A model generated the notes under the pieces. The model did not search any database, was not told where the DNA came from, and was given only the letters and a program-made list of their open reading frames with translations. The translations under genes were made by a program, and so were the position numbers. Shown here piece by piece: positions 49,001 through 58,600 of a DNA stretch of 64,000 nucleotides. Every line of letters begins with the position of its first letter. The stretch's first letter is position 1. The DNA comes from an uncultured Actinomycetes bacterium (lineage in GTDB: Bacteria > Actinomycetota > Acidimicrobiia > Acidimicrobiales > JACDEA01), in contig CAVUMI010000003.1 in assembly GCA_963742585.1 (NCBI GenBank), forward strand, positions 84,345-148,344, written 5' to 3'.

Positions 49001-52000
49001 ATGGCCAATTCATCACGCGCGGCGAAGTCTTTCTGGTTGTTCGGGATCCTGATCGGCGTGGCGCTGGGCGCCGCGGGAACGGCCAAGGCCGCGCCCGCTC
49101 CTTCACTGGAAAGCCTGACCTATTCGATCCGCACCACCTACGACGCCGGCGGCGGCTGCGGCAACGAAAGGCTCACCAACGCCACCATCGGCATCCCTGC
49201 TCTGATCAATGTCGGCGGCAACTTCCTGCCCGACGTGAGCGTCGTGCTGGTCGCGCTGCCGCCCACCGACGGCACGCCGGCGGTGCTGCAGATCCTCATC
49301 ACCCGCCTGCGCGACTACAAGGGCGCGGTCGAGACGATCGTGGCGCCCAGCGCCGGCGCGCCCAAGCGCTTCGCCTTCGGGTATGACGGCTGCGAGTCCG
49401 GCGTCCCCGCAACGTTCAGCGCAACGATGACCGCGTCGGCCACACGCGTTTCCGTCAACGCCACCACCCTCACCAACCACCCGAACCTCAAGGTGCTCGG
49501 CTCGTTCTACGACCAGGAGGGCGCCACCCGCGCCAACCCGACCGCCATCGTCGCCCGCCTCGCGCCGGTCCCGTTGAACCTCTCGGCCGTCGTCGACATC
49601 GTCGGCGACACGTACCACGCCACGTTGGAGACCACTCAGCCCACCCACCTCGGGCTCGACTACACCAGCGTCAACGGTGCGTCGCGCACCGAGGCGACCG
49701 TCGACGTGGATCAGCTGCCCAAATCACTCGTCGTCGACTTCGATCCCGAACGCGTCGCCTACGCGGCGTCGTGCTCGCTGCCCGCGCCGCAGCTGCGGGC
49801 CCGCGTGGACTTGAGCCAGTCGCCGCCGTCGATCGACATCACCCTCACCCGCTATGGCGACGGTTCGCCGTGTCGTATCGCCGCCATGGACTTCGACATC
49901 ACCACCGAGAAGGCCGGAACCCGTACCGCCCGTCTCGACGGGCAGCTCCGCGGCCTTCCCGCAGTGGCCGACCTGCAGCGCACGAGCCCGACGCGCATGC
50001 TGTTCAACGCGCCGGGCACGATCGACTCGGCCACCATCGGCTTCGCCTCGTTCATCCCCGGCACGACGCTCCCGGTGCTCGAAGAGCTGGCCGACCAGTA
50101 CGTCGTCGCCGATGTCGACCTGGCGTTCTCGGTCGCCCAGGTACGGCTCTTCGGTCTGTCGAAGGCCGACGTCGACACCGGCGACCCCGTCGTTGTCGAC
50201 ATCGCCCATACGGCCGGGCCGTTCCACGTCGTCGCCCAGGTGACCTCGCCCGCGGTGATCGAGCCGCCGCAGCCGCAGGAGACGCGGGATCTCAGCGTCG
50301 ACGTCCTCGACCTGCCCGCCGAAGCCAAGGTGACGTACTCGCCTAAGACACAGTCCTTCAGCTACCGCGGCTCCGGTGTCATCGGCGACCTGGTGGCCGA
50401 GGTCATCTCCGACATCGCGCTGGTCGACGACGCCCACCGCTCGCGGCTGCACATCGTCGGCCTGCCGACCGGCCTCGAGGGCCAGCTCGACAGCAAGGCC
50501 AAGACGTTCACCGCCGGCCTCATCGGCGGCGCCATCGGCGCGTTGGAGATCGAAGTCACGAGCGGCCCCGACCTCCGCTCGATCCTGCCCGGCGATCAGC
50601 AGGGCGTCGCCGTCCAGGACACCAACGACAGCTACGCGGCCTTCGTCCGGATCACGGGCGTACGCGAGGTCGCCGTCGGCTGGGGCACCACCCAGCACGC
50701 TCACCTCGTGCATACGCCCGGGCCGTTCATCTTCCGGGTCGACGTCGACGACTCGTTCCAGGACTCAGTGCAGGACGACGACATCGTGTTCCGCGGCGAT
50801 GTGCTCGACCTGCCGGCCACCGCCACCCTCACCTTCGCGCCGGCCGACGAGTCGGTTGACCGCTACGAGACCAAGCTCACCTACGACGGCTCCGATGCGA
50901 TCAACCGGTTGACGCTTGACGTGGTGCGCGAGATCGACGACCCGATCGCCCGCGACCCGAACGAAGCGCACGTGGCCGCCGACGGCGTGCCCCGCCACTT
51001 AGAGCTCGTGGTCAACAACGCGCAGGAGACCATGGAGGCCACCACCAAGCCCGACGATCCTGCCGACGGGCCGGGCGACCCGCTCGCCCATCTCGACCTC
51101 GAGCTGTGCACAACAAACGGATGTCAGCCCACGCCCGCATCGGGGACTGACCGGCTCGACGTGCTCGACCGCCTGCTCCTCGGCGAGACCGGCCAGTACC
51201 GCGCCTTCGCCCGCATCACCGGCCTCCGCAGCGTCACCGCGAACTGGAGCGAGAAGGTGTCGTCACTCACCTTCGACAAGGCGCCCGGTCGCTTCGACAT
51301 CCGTGTCGACAAAGACATCGTCGAGGAGTTCGACCGACCTGCCGGCGGCTGGCCAGACGGGGACGCGCCCAACCCGCCATGCATGAGCACCCCCAAGCCG
51401 GCTTGGTGCGAGCCCGACGCCAGTCCGCGGCGCAAGGTGTACTGGGGCTTCCCGACCCTGCTCACGGTGGCGATCGACCAGCTGCCGGCGACCGGCTACG
51501 TCTCGTACAACCGCGAAACCCACCGCGTCGAGTACCGCGGCGCGGCGGTCATCGACTCCCTCGTCGCCGACTACTCGTCGCAGTTCAAGCGGTTCCCACC
51601 GCGGGCCCGCTGGGCGCACCTCGACATCCGGCAGCTGCCCACCAACCTCACGCTCACCTTCGCCCTCGGCGAGGGCGGCAAGCACGTCGTCATGGATACC
51701 GGCGGCGGCGTGCTCGGGCACCTCGACTTCTGGCTGACCAACACCGAGAACGTCGTCCCCAATCTGCCCTTTGATGGCTTCGCGCTGCACGACGGCTGTC
51801 CCGAGACCCGCTCCTGCGTGGTGGCCGACGAGTTCGAGCTGCGGGCAAAGGTCACCCGGCTCACCCACTTCGACTACCGCGAAATCGGCCAGGACGCGTC
51901 CCACACCGAGCGGACTATCGATCTCCAGCGCTCCGCCGATCCTGCGGGCCGAGGCGAGACCATCTGGCTCCTCGTTACCAAGAAGGACGTCACCAAGCAC

Positions 52001-53137
52001 GACGAACTCGCCCGCTTCTTCGTCATCTACGCCGACCCGCCGCCGTCGTTCAAGGTCGTCACCGACGAGGAGCCGTCCAACACCAGCGTCGGCTACTGGG
52101 GCGCTCGCGGCGGCAGTCTCTTGTTCGAGACCAACGCCGGCGAAAACCGCTCCTTCCTCGAGGCGAGGATTGTCCCCGTCCCCGCGTCCACTGCGACGCA
52201 GGAGGGCGTGGCCGTTTGCATGGCGCCGTCCCACGACGTGTGCTCGCACGAACAAACCAATGGGGGTCACGACGAGATGTCGTTCTCGGTCAACGTTACC
52301 GAGCCGATCACGCTCAGCCTCATCGACTGCAAGGAAGTCAACGCGTACTGGCGTTGTCAGGACGACGAGGTAACCGACCGCGAGTACCGCAACACGCTGC
52401 TTCGAGTCGACAACCTTCACATCGCGCGATCGCTGGTAGTGATGAAGGAAAAGGTCAACGTCGAGTGGGACGTCGACAACGCCAACGTCCACGTCGACAC
52501 CGCCGGGCAACCGGTGCACGGCGAGATCACCAGCACTCGACGGCTGTTCGCGTCGAACGGTTGGGATCCGGAGCTCCCGGATCAGTGGATCACCCAAGTC
52601 AAGCTCCACGTCCTACTGCCGGTGGGGTTCCTGGCCCACGACCGCTTCGGCGAGATCGACTGCACCCCTCCATCGGGCTGCAGCTGGCACGACAACACCA
52701 CGCACTCCGGACTCAACACCGCCGCCTGCCCGGCGGGCTTCGAGATCGAAGTCAAGGTGACGCCGGTCTATCTCCCGAACTTCGAGGACGAGTTCTGCCC
52801 GGCGCCGATCATCCACTCGGTCGAGCTGGCCGGCGGCGGGCCGGCCGCAGTCGCCCAAGGCACCACGGCGACGGTTCGCGTCCGCGGCGAGCGCTTCTCG
52901 CCCGGGCCGTTCCTCGACCTGCTCATTCCCGCGCTCGGCCATGACGACCAGATCGTCATCTCCGACGTTCAGTGGCACAGCCTCAACGAGGTGACGTTCA
53001 ACGTCGCGGTGTCGTGCGACGCAGTGACGTTCCCAACCGACAAGCGGGATCTCTACATGGAGAACCCCATCGAAGGCCACAACGACACCACCGCGCCCGC
53101 CGCCTTCACCGTCCTCCCCGGCGACTGCGGAGTGTGA
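49001..53137 (+). CDS. 1378-aa secreted repeat protein of unknown family with a C-terminal Ig/IPT-like domain
   Basis: ATG at 49001 follows GGAGGT. Signal FWLFGILIGVALGAAGTAKA|AP. Recurring modules (see finding). Many Cys in the C-terminal third. Confidence 0.8.
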   Translation: MANSSRAAKSFWLFGILIGVALGAAGTAKAAPAPSLESLTYSIRTTYDAGGGCGNERLTNATIGIPALINVGGNFLPDVSVVLVALPPTDGTPAVLQILITRLRDYKGAVETIVAPSAGAPKRFAFGYDGCESGVPATFSATMTASATRVSVNATTLTNHPNLKVLGSFYDQEGATRANPTAIVARLAPVPLNLSAVVDIVGDTYHATLETTQPTHLGLDYTSVNGASRTEATVDVDQLPKSLVVDFDPERVAYAASCSLPAPQLRARVDLSQSPPSIDITLTRYGDGSPCRIAAMDFDITTEKAGTRTARLDGQLRGLPAVADLQRTSPTRMLFNAPGTIDSATIGFASFIPGTTLPVLEELADQYVVADVDLAFSVAQVRLFGLSKADVDTGDPVVVDIAHTAGPFHVVAQVTSPAVIEPPQPQETRDLSVDVLDLPAEAKVTYSPKTQSFSYRGSGVIGDLVAEVISDIALVDDAHRSRLHIVGLPTGLEGQLDSKAKTFTAGLIGGAIGALEIEVTSGPDLRSILPGDQQGVAVQDTNDSYAAFVRITGVREVAVGWGTTQHAHLVHTPGPFIFRVDVDDSFQDSVQDDDIVFRGDVLDLPATATLTFAPADESVDRYETKLTYDGSDAINRLTLDVVREIDDPIARDPNEAHVAADGVPRHLELVVNNAQETMEATTKPDDPADGPGDPLAHLDLELCTTNGCQPTPASGTDRLDVLDRLLLGETGQYRAFARITGLRSVTANWSEKVSSLTFDKAPGRFDIRVDKDIVEEFDRPAGGWPDGDAPNPPCMSTPKPAWCEPDASPRRKVYWGFPTLLTVAIDQLPATGYVSYNRETHRVEYRGAAVIDSLVADYSSQFKRFPPRARWAHLDIRQLPTNLTLTFALGEGGKHVVMDTGGGVLGHLDFWLTNTENVVPNLPFDGFALHDGCPETRSCVVADEFELRAKVTRLTHFDYREIGQDASHTERTIDLQRSADPAGRGETIWLLVTKKDVTKHDELARFFVIYADPPPSFKVVTDEEPSNTSVGYWGARGGSLLFETNAGENRSFLEARIVPVPASTATQEGVAVCMAPSHDVCSHEQTNGGHDEMSFSVNVTEPITLSLIDCKEVNAYWRCQDDEVTDREYRNTLLRVDNLHIARSLVVMKEKVNVEWDVDNANVHVDTAGQPVHGEITSTRRLFASNGWDPELPDQWITQVKLHVLLPVGFLAHDRFGEIDCTPPSGCSWHDNTTHSGLNTAACPAGFEIEVKVTPVYLPNFEDEFCPAPIIHSVELAGGGPAAVAQGTTATVRVRGERFSPGPFLDLLIPALGHDDQIVISDVQWHSLNEVTFNVAVSCDAVTFPTDKRDLYMENPIEGHNDTTAPAAFTVLPGDCGV

Positions 53138-53173
53138 CGGCGCGGCGCGAGCCAAGGCGCGCCACTGCCCGCC

Positions 53174-54378
53174 TCACATCGCCGCCGTCGGCGGTGCGTT
53201 GGCATTCGCCGGGTGTCGTGGGTCATCGGGGCCCACGAAGGCCCGCGTGCCGGTGCCCTCGACCAGCTGCCAATCCTTGGTGGTCTTGAGCTTGTGGTGA
53301 TGCGCACAGAGCAGGTCGAGCCAGTCGAGCATGGTGATGTGGCTCCTGGCCCAGTCGATCCGGTGGTCGCGCTGCAGGCGGGCCACCGCGTGACAGCCCA
53401 ACGCCGCGCAGGAGGGATAGAGCCACTCCAGTGCGCTCTGCTGCTTGGCGCTCGGCGGCCGCTTGAGATGCGCCACCCCGGTGAGCTGTTCGCCGTTGGT
53501 GATCACCGCGGCCACGAAGCCGCCGGCGTCAATCGCCTCGTCGACCGCCGAGGCGGCCACCGGGCCATAGCCCACCAGCTCCATGACCTCGCCTTCGACC
53601 GGGAACCCGCGTAGCCAGGCGGCCCAGTCGATGCGGAAGATGACCTTGGGCCGGGTGCTTCCCTTGGCCGGCCCGGCCTGACCGGTGACCAGTTGCACGA
53701 GCGCGTCGGCCGCGTAGGCCTCGCGCGGCTCGCGCCGGCCCTCCCGATAGGCCTTGTGGAAGATCCCATCGGTGATCTCATCGACCACCGCCATGACCGT
53801 GGCGATGACCTCGGGGTTGTCCCGCATGCGCAGGTTCCCGGCACCCTCGGCATCGGTGAAGGACCGCAGCGAACGCCGCCTGGTGGATCTTCTTGCGTCG
53901 CGCCTCGGGATCGGGATGGCTCGCCGCCTTGATCCGTGCCGCCTCGTCCCGGGTCTCGGCCAACGACGCCCCGGCCCGGACCTGGCCGAGCAGCTTCGTG
54001 CCCGCCCCGGGCTGGGCGGCTTCGGCATCGGCGATCACCTGTGTCTGCTGGGCCGAGACCTCACCACGGCGCGCCGCCTCGTCCACATCGGGCTGGTCAT
54101 CGAGGCGCGCCGCGGTCTCCAGCGCATCCTTGGCCGCACCGACTGTGGTCCCGGTCTCCCGGGCCAGCAGGTGCGCAGGCGAGCGGTCGCCCTTGCGCCG
54201 CCACAGCTCGGTCTCCGAAACCCTCGCCGCCAGCTTGGCCTTGAGCGGCCGAAGCCATGTTCTCGATGGCCGCCGCGTCGCGCATGCCGGCGAACGCGTC
54301 GGCCGCGCTGATCGCCGAGGCGTCGAAGGCCTCGGCATAGTGCTGGACGATCTCTCGGATCTCGGCAAGCCGCGCCAT
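53174..54378 (-). pseudogene. DUF222 / HNH endonuclease (13E12-repeat-type), two frame breaks
   Basis: MARLAEIREIVQHYAEAF.. breaks near 54245 into LKAKLAARVSETELW..ARRGEVSAQQTQVIA... A second break near 53880 leads into SLRSFTDAEGAGNLRM..CAALGCHAVARLQRDHRIDWA..LDLLCAHHHKLKT. Confidence 0.75.
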
Positions 54379-54476
54379 CTGCGGGCCTCTCTGTTGCTGC
54401 CGACTACCTAGGGGGAGAACTCACCCGAAGAACTGCTTCCACCATTGTAGCGAACAGGTGTTCGCCCTGTCAACTG

Positions 54477-54728
54477 CTAGCTGCGGCGCAACTCTTCGAT
54501 GATCTTGGTGATGCGGCGTTGACGCGTCGCGGCGGTCTTGGCCCCCTCCACCGCGAGCACGTGGCGGCGCGGGTTGCTGTACGACAGCGCGTCGAACGCA
54601 GCGCGGGCGCCCTTGTCCTGGGCCAGTGTCGTGGCTAAGTCGGCTGGGACCTCGACCGTGCGCGGCGCGTCATCCGGCGCCAGCTCGACGTTGATGACAT
54701 CACCGCCGACGCTCGCCCGCCGCTGCAC
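54477..54728 (-). pseudogene. YdeI/OmpD-associated family protein, C-terminal fragment only
   Basis: VPADLATTLAQDKGARAAFDALSYSNPRRHVLAVEGAKTAATRQRRITKIIEELR. The N-terminal domain is absent. Confidence 0.5.
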
Positions 54729-54797
54729 CCCTGCATGTACGACCAGAGCCCTCGCTGCATCACGACGACCATCCGCCGCTAGTCGTCAGTTGATCTG

Positions 54798-55829
54798 TCA
54801 GTACCGGATGACGACGAGCTTGTTGGCGGCGGACTCGGCGCCCCACACCTCGCCGGCCCGACCGAGCATCTGGCGGACGTCGCCCGGCTTGGCGGGCAGC
54901 GGGAACGAGGTGAAGGCCTCGGTGGCCGGGTCGAAGCGCACGATGGCGTTGGCGCCGAAGTCGGTGAGCCACACCTTGTCGGTCGGGTCGACGTAGACCG
55001 AGTAGGCCTGCGGGCGGGACCCCGGCAGCTTCCACTCCCGCCACGTGCCGGCCGCCGGGTCGTAGACGGCGACCTGGCCGGCGTTCCACTGGCTGCACCA
55101 GATGCGGCCCCGTGAGTCGCTCCACACCCGGCGGGTGCCCTGTCGGGCGGTGGGCGGTTCGAAAACGGTGGCCGCGCCGGTCGTCGGGTTGACCTTGCCG
55201 AGGTGGTTACCGGCCAGCGACGCGTAGTAGATGTCGCCGCCCGGCGTGACCGTGATGCCGTAGGGGCCGGCGCCGCGGGGCGCGTCGAACACCTCGATGG
55301 CGCCAGTGGCCGGCCGCAGCCGGCCGTAGATGCCGGCCTGGCCGGTGAACCACAGCGTGCCGTCGGGGTGGAACACCGCGGTGTTGAGATTGGAGGACGG
55401 CCGGTCGGCCGGCAGCGGGAAGGTGCGCACCGCCGAGGTCGCCGGGTCGACCCGGACGATGGCGTTGAGTCCGCCATCGGTGATCCACGGTGCGCCGTCG
55501 GGGCCGACGATGACGCCGTGCGGGCGGGCACCCGCGCCGAGGGCAACCTCGGTGACCTTGCCGCTCGCCGGATCCAGCCGGCCCAGCTCGCCCGAGCCCT
55601 GCGCGGTGTACCAGACGATGCCGTCGGGGGTGACCGCCACGTCGTGCGGGCGCGAGCCCTCGGGCACCTCGTACTCCTTGATGGCCGGCGCGACGACGGG
55701 AGTGCTCGCCGTCGCCTCGACCGTGCTCGACGTCGTCGAGGGGCTCGCGTCGTCGTCGCCGTCACTACAGCCGGCGAGTGCCAGGAGGCAGATGATCGCA
55801 ACAAGTCGACGGACGCGAGCCACCGTCAC
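54798..55829 (-). CDS. Vgb (streptogramin lyase)-like beta-propeller lipoprotein
   Basis: Lipobox LALAGC. Repeated RPHGVIVGPDGAPWITDGGLNAIVRVDP-type blades. Confidence 0.7.
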   Translation of the reverse strand: MTVARVRRLVAIICLLALAGCSDGDDDASPSTTSSTVEATASTPVVAPAIKEYEVPEGSRPHDVAVTPDGIVWYTAQGSGELGRLDPASGKVTEVALGAGARPHGVIVGPDGAPWITDGGLNAIVRVDPATSAVRTFPLPADRPSSNLNTAVFHPDGTLWFTGQAGIYGRLRPATGAIEVFDAPRGAGPYGITVTPGGDIYYASLAGNHLGKVNPTTGAATVFEPPTARQGTRRVWSDSRGRIWCSQWNAGQVAVYDPAAGTWREWKLPGSRPQAYSVYVDPTDKVWLTDFGANAIVRFDPATEAFTSFPLPAKPGDVRQMLGRAGEVWGAESAANKLVVIRY

Positions 55830-56403
55830 ATCTTCGCCGGTAAATGCGAGAACGGTTTGCCGGTGGCCGACGTACTAGTGGCCATGATCACGTCGCGCAT
55901 CAGCAAGTTCGCTATCACCTCGTGACCTGGCGGCCGTTGCGGCTTTCGTCTTCTTCGTCACCCCGGCCGACGCCCGCCCGATGTTGCAGCCCTGCCAGTA
56001 CGACCACACCTGCATCACCACCACCGTCCGGCGCTAGCCGGCGGTTACGTAAGCGAGATCCCGCGCTTCCTGGCGATCCCCTCGAGCCAGTTGTAGTCCC
56101 GCATCATCCGCTTGATACGCCACCGGTGACTCACGGACAGTTCCGTCAGCAACTGTTCGAGCGGTGACCCGGCCGCTGGCGTGATCCCCACCCCGGCGTA
56201 CACGTTGGGGGCGGCGGCTCGTTGAGTGGGTCAGAGAGGGTGGCGGAAGCGTCGCCGAGATCATCCATGAAGCCGAGGGTACCGATCGCCTGTATCAGCT
56301 ACTTGCGGGTGGCGCACACGCGGTTCTGTGCAGATCCTTCCGTCGCAACGACGGATAAATCCGAACAGAAGCCGGCCGGCGTTAGCCAATAGCGTCGACC
56401 GCC

Positions 56404-56715
56404 ATGGGTGACCTGGGGATCGACACCGCGGTCGAGCAGATCGACGACAACCGCTACTCGGCCAAACTCAGCGCGGATTGGCGGATCTGGGGGCCGCAGG
56501 GCGGCTACATCGCGTCGGTGGCGATGCGGGCGGCGGGGGAGGCCAGCCCGTTCGAGCGGCCGGCCAGCTTCACCTGCCACTTCCTCGGCGTGGCCGAGTT
56601 CGACGAGGTCGAGGTCATCGTCACGCCGCTGCGCGTGGCCCGCACCGCGTGCTCGCAACGGGTCGAGCTGACCCAAGGCGGCAAGACCATGCTCTCGAGA
56701 CTTGTCAGGCAGTAG
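56404..56715 (+). pseudogene. acyl-CoA thioesterase II-like protein, N-terminal half only
   Basis: RIWGPQGGYIASVAMRAA..FTCHFLGVA. The ORF ends at 56715, abutting the stop of the converging minus-strand gene at 56716, and is about 40% of the usual length. Confidence 0.5.
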
Positions 56716-57471
56716 TTAAAGGGCGACCAGTTCGCCATGGGCCGCCGACGGTTGGTGTGGGCCCGGGTCGACGTTGAAGTAAGCGTCATAGCCGCCCGCG
56801 AGTAGGGCGGCTATTGCACCCGAGATGCCGCCGCATGTCGCTGTCCCTGTCGCATCTGTCGTGGCGGTGCACACTGGTTTTCCGCCCGCTGAGAAGGCGA
56901 TCGGCTTTCCCGGGATCGGCGCTCCGGCAGGAAACGCCTGACCGAGGACGAACCCGTCCGCGGCCGCGGTCAGGGTAGCGCTGAGCGTGAGGTACGTCTT
57001 AAGGGGAGAGAGTTTCGCGATCACGGGCGCCGCGGTCAGCTTCGTCGGCACTTGGAGGATGAGGAAACCCTGCACCAGCTTGCTGTTGCCGCTTCCATCA
57101 AAGCAGTTCGTGGTTGCATAAAACGCCGCATACCTCACCGTGTCAGCAGGCACATTGAAAGACTGCGGCGAGATATGCCCGCTGGCATCTCGCGTAACCG
57201 TCCGCGAGAAGATGGTTTCCGTCGTGCCAAACGTCCCATGGTTGAACGTACGCTGAAGTGTCACGTTCGCACTCCCACCGCCGGTGCAGCCAGAGCTGTG
57301 GTCGGTGATCGTCACAAGGTCGCCAGGGTTCGGCTCACCGGGCGTGAACATGAGGTCACCGGTGCTGTAGGCCCCTCCCACGACGGGCTGAAATGCCATC
57401 AGTCCGATCGTCACACTCACCGCGATGCCGACGCACGACACGACTTGAGCGACGCTGCGTCGCATAATCAC
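56716..57471 (-). CDS. secreted protein with a C-terminal bacterial Ig-like segment, lower G+C than its surroundings
   Basis: Signal/TM VVSCVGIAVSVTIGLMAF. GKPIAFSAGGKPVCTATTDATGTATC. Hand count of 57001-57200 gives about 58% G+C. Confidence 0.65.
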   Translation of the reverse strand: MIMRRSVAQVVSCVGIAVSVTIGLMAFQPVVGGAYSTGDLMFTPGEPNPGDLVTITDHSSGCTGGGSANVTLQRTFNHGTFGTTETIFSRTVTRDASGHISPQSFNVPADTVRYAAFYATTNCFDGSGNSKLVQGFLILQVPTKLTAAPVIAKLSPLKTYLTLSATLTAAADGFVLGQAFPAGAPIPGKPIAFSAGGKPVCTATTDATGTATCGGISGAIAALLAGGYDAYFNVDPGPHQPSAAHGELVAL

Positions 57472-57713
57472 ACCCGACCCCGTTCCCCTTAGACAGGCCT
57501 GCGGCCTGTCGGCCCGCGGCCATTAAACCACCCGTCTGGCAATCCCCGCAACGATGGGCAGCTCGAACGAGGTGCGGGTAGTCGTCCCGTTACTCATGTG
57601 CGGACGTGCACCACTCGGCGGCGCCCGAGATCAAATAGCAGTTCAGCGAGCACTGCGACAATGAGTCGACCCGGCGTGCCGCCGTGGTATCCCCGCCCAA
57701 TAACGTCGGAACG

Positions 57714-58600
57714 GTGTGGGGCGACGTGGGCAGATGGATTGACGAGCGCCGCGAGCGCTACGCGGGCGTGCTGCTGCAACAGGGCCGGGTCGAGCTGACG
57801 CCGATGGGGCGAGCCGGCCGCCGTCACCGGTCCCGCGCGCGGCGGCTCGTCATCGACCTGGTCGGTCCGATCGGTGCGCCGGCGGGGGCGGCCGGTTCGC
57901 GATCACCATCAACGGCGACCGGTTATCGGTGAGTCCGGGGCACTTCTGGGTCGACGGCATCCTGGTGCACACAAGCCCCGACCCGGTGACCGTCGAGGAC
58001 AAGGCCCCCGCACCGCCGTTGTCGCTATCGCGTGTGGGAACGGCACATCGTGCGGCCCAGGTCCCCGGTGCGCGACAGCACGCTCGATGCGGTCGACACG
58101 TCGGGTCGGGTGGATCCGCGTGGTGCGTCAAGCTGCGATCGGCGGCCGATCGAGCCCCCGACCGCGTCGCACCCACGATGGCGGCCGACGCTCCCGGCGG
58201 CCACCGCGCACACGAGAACCGGCTGTACCGCGTCGAGGTCCACGAAAGCGGCGACGCTTCTACGTTCACGTGGTCGCCGAGAACGTCGGCGCGCTGGCGA
58301 TACTGGCCGTCACCGGCGCCGAGTGCGTCGGCCGCGGCAGCGGCGCGAGCGAACCGCGACCGATTCCGGACGACGGATGGATCGAGCTTGAGGACGGAAT
58401 CCGGATCAACTTCGTCGCCGGTGAGTACCGGACCGGCGACTACTGGCTCGTCCCCTCGCCCGGCTGTCGAAGGGCTCAGTGGCCGTGTGACACGGCCGCC
58501 AAAGGCTGTCGCCGGTCGGAGGACGGCGACACGTGGCATCGGTCGGCGGCGGTCGAAGATGTCGACTGTGCCGTACGCCCGCATGCCGGGTCGCGCGAGA
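57714..58600 (+). pseudogene. heavily decayed relic of a QQGRV...VWERHI...LYRVE-motif protein (possibly DUF6519-like)
   Basis: Motif islands in at least 4 different frames: GDVGRWIDERRERYAGVLLQQGRVEL, RRLVIDLVGP..GHFWVDGILV, YRVWERHIV, NRLYRVEVHESGDASTFTWS, GWIELEDG..GDYWLVP. Confidence 0.45.

Noticed and set aside
53174-54378. DUF222-HNH gene as an active mobile element or transposase
   Set aside because: It has two frame breaks, and I saw no terminal inverted repeats and no transposase or integrase. I treat it as a relic.
56046-56290. Minus-strand fragment LIQAIGTLGFMDDLGDASATLSDPLNE.. / ..SPLEQLLTELSVSHRWRIKRMMRDYNWLEGIARKRGISLT
   Set aside because: It reads in two frames, is short, and I cannot assign a family (perhaps an HTH-containing relic). 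This is too weak to list as a feature.
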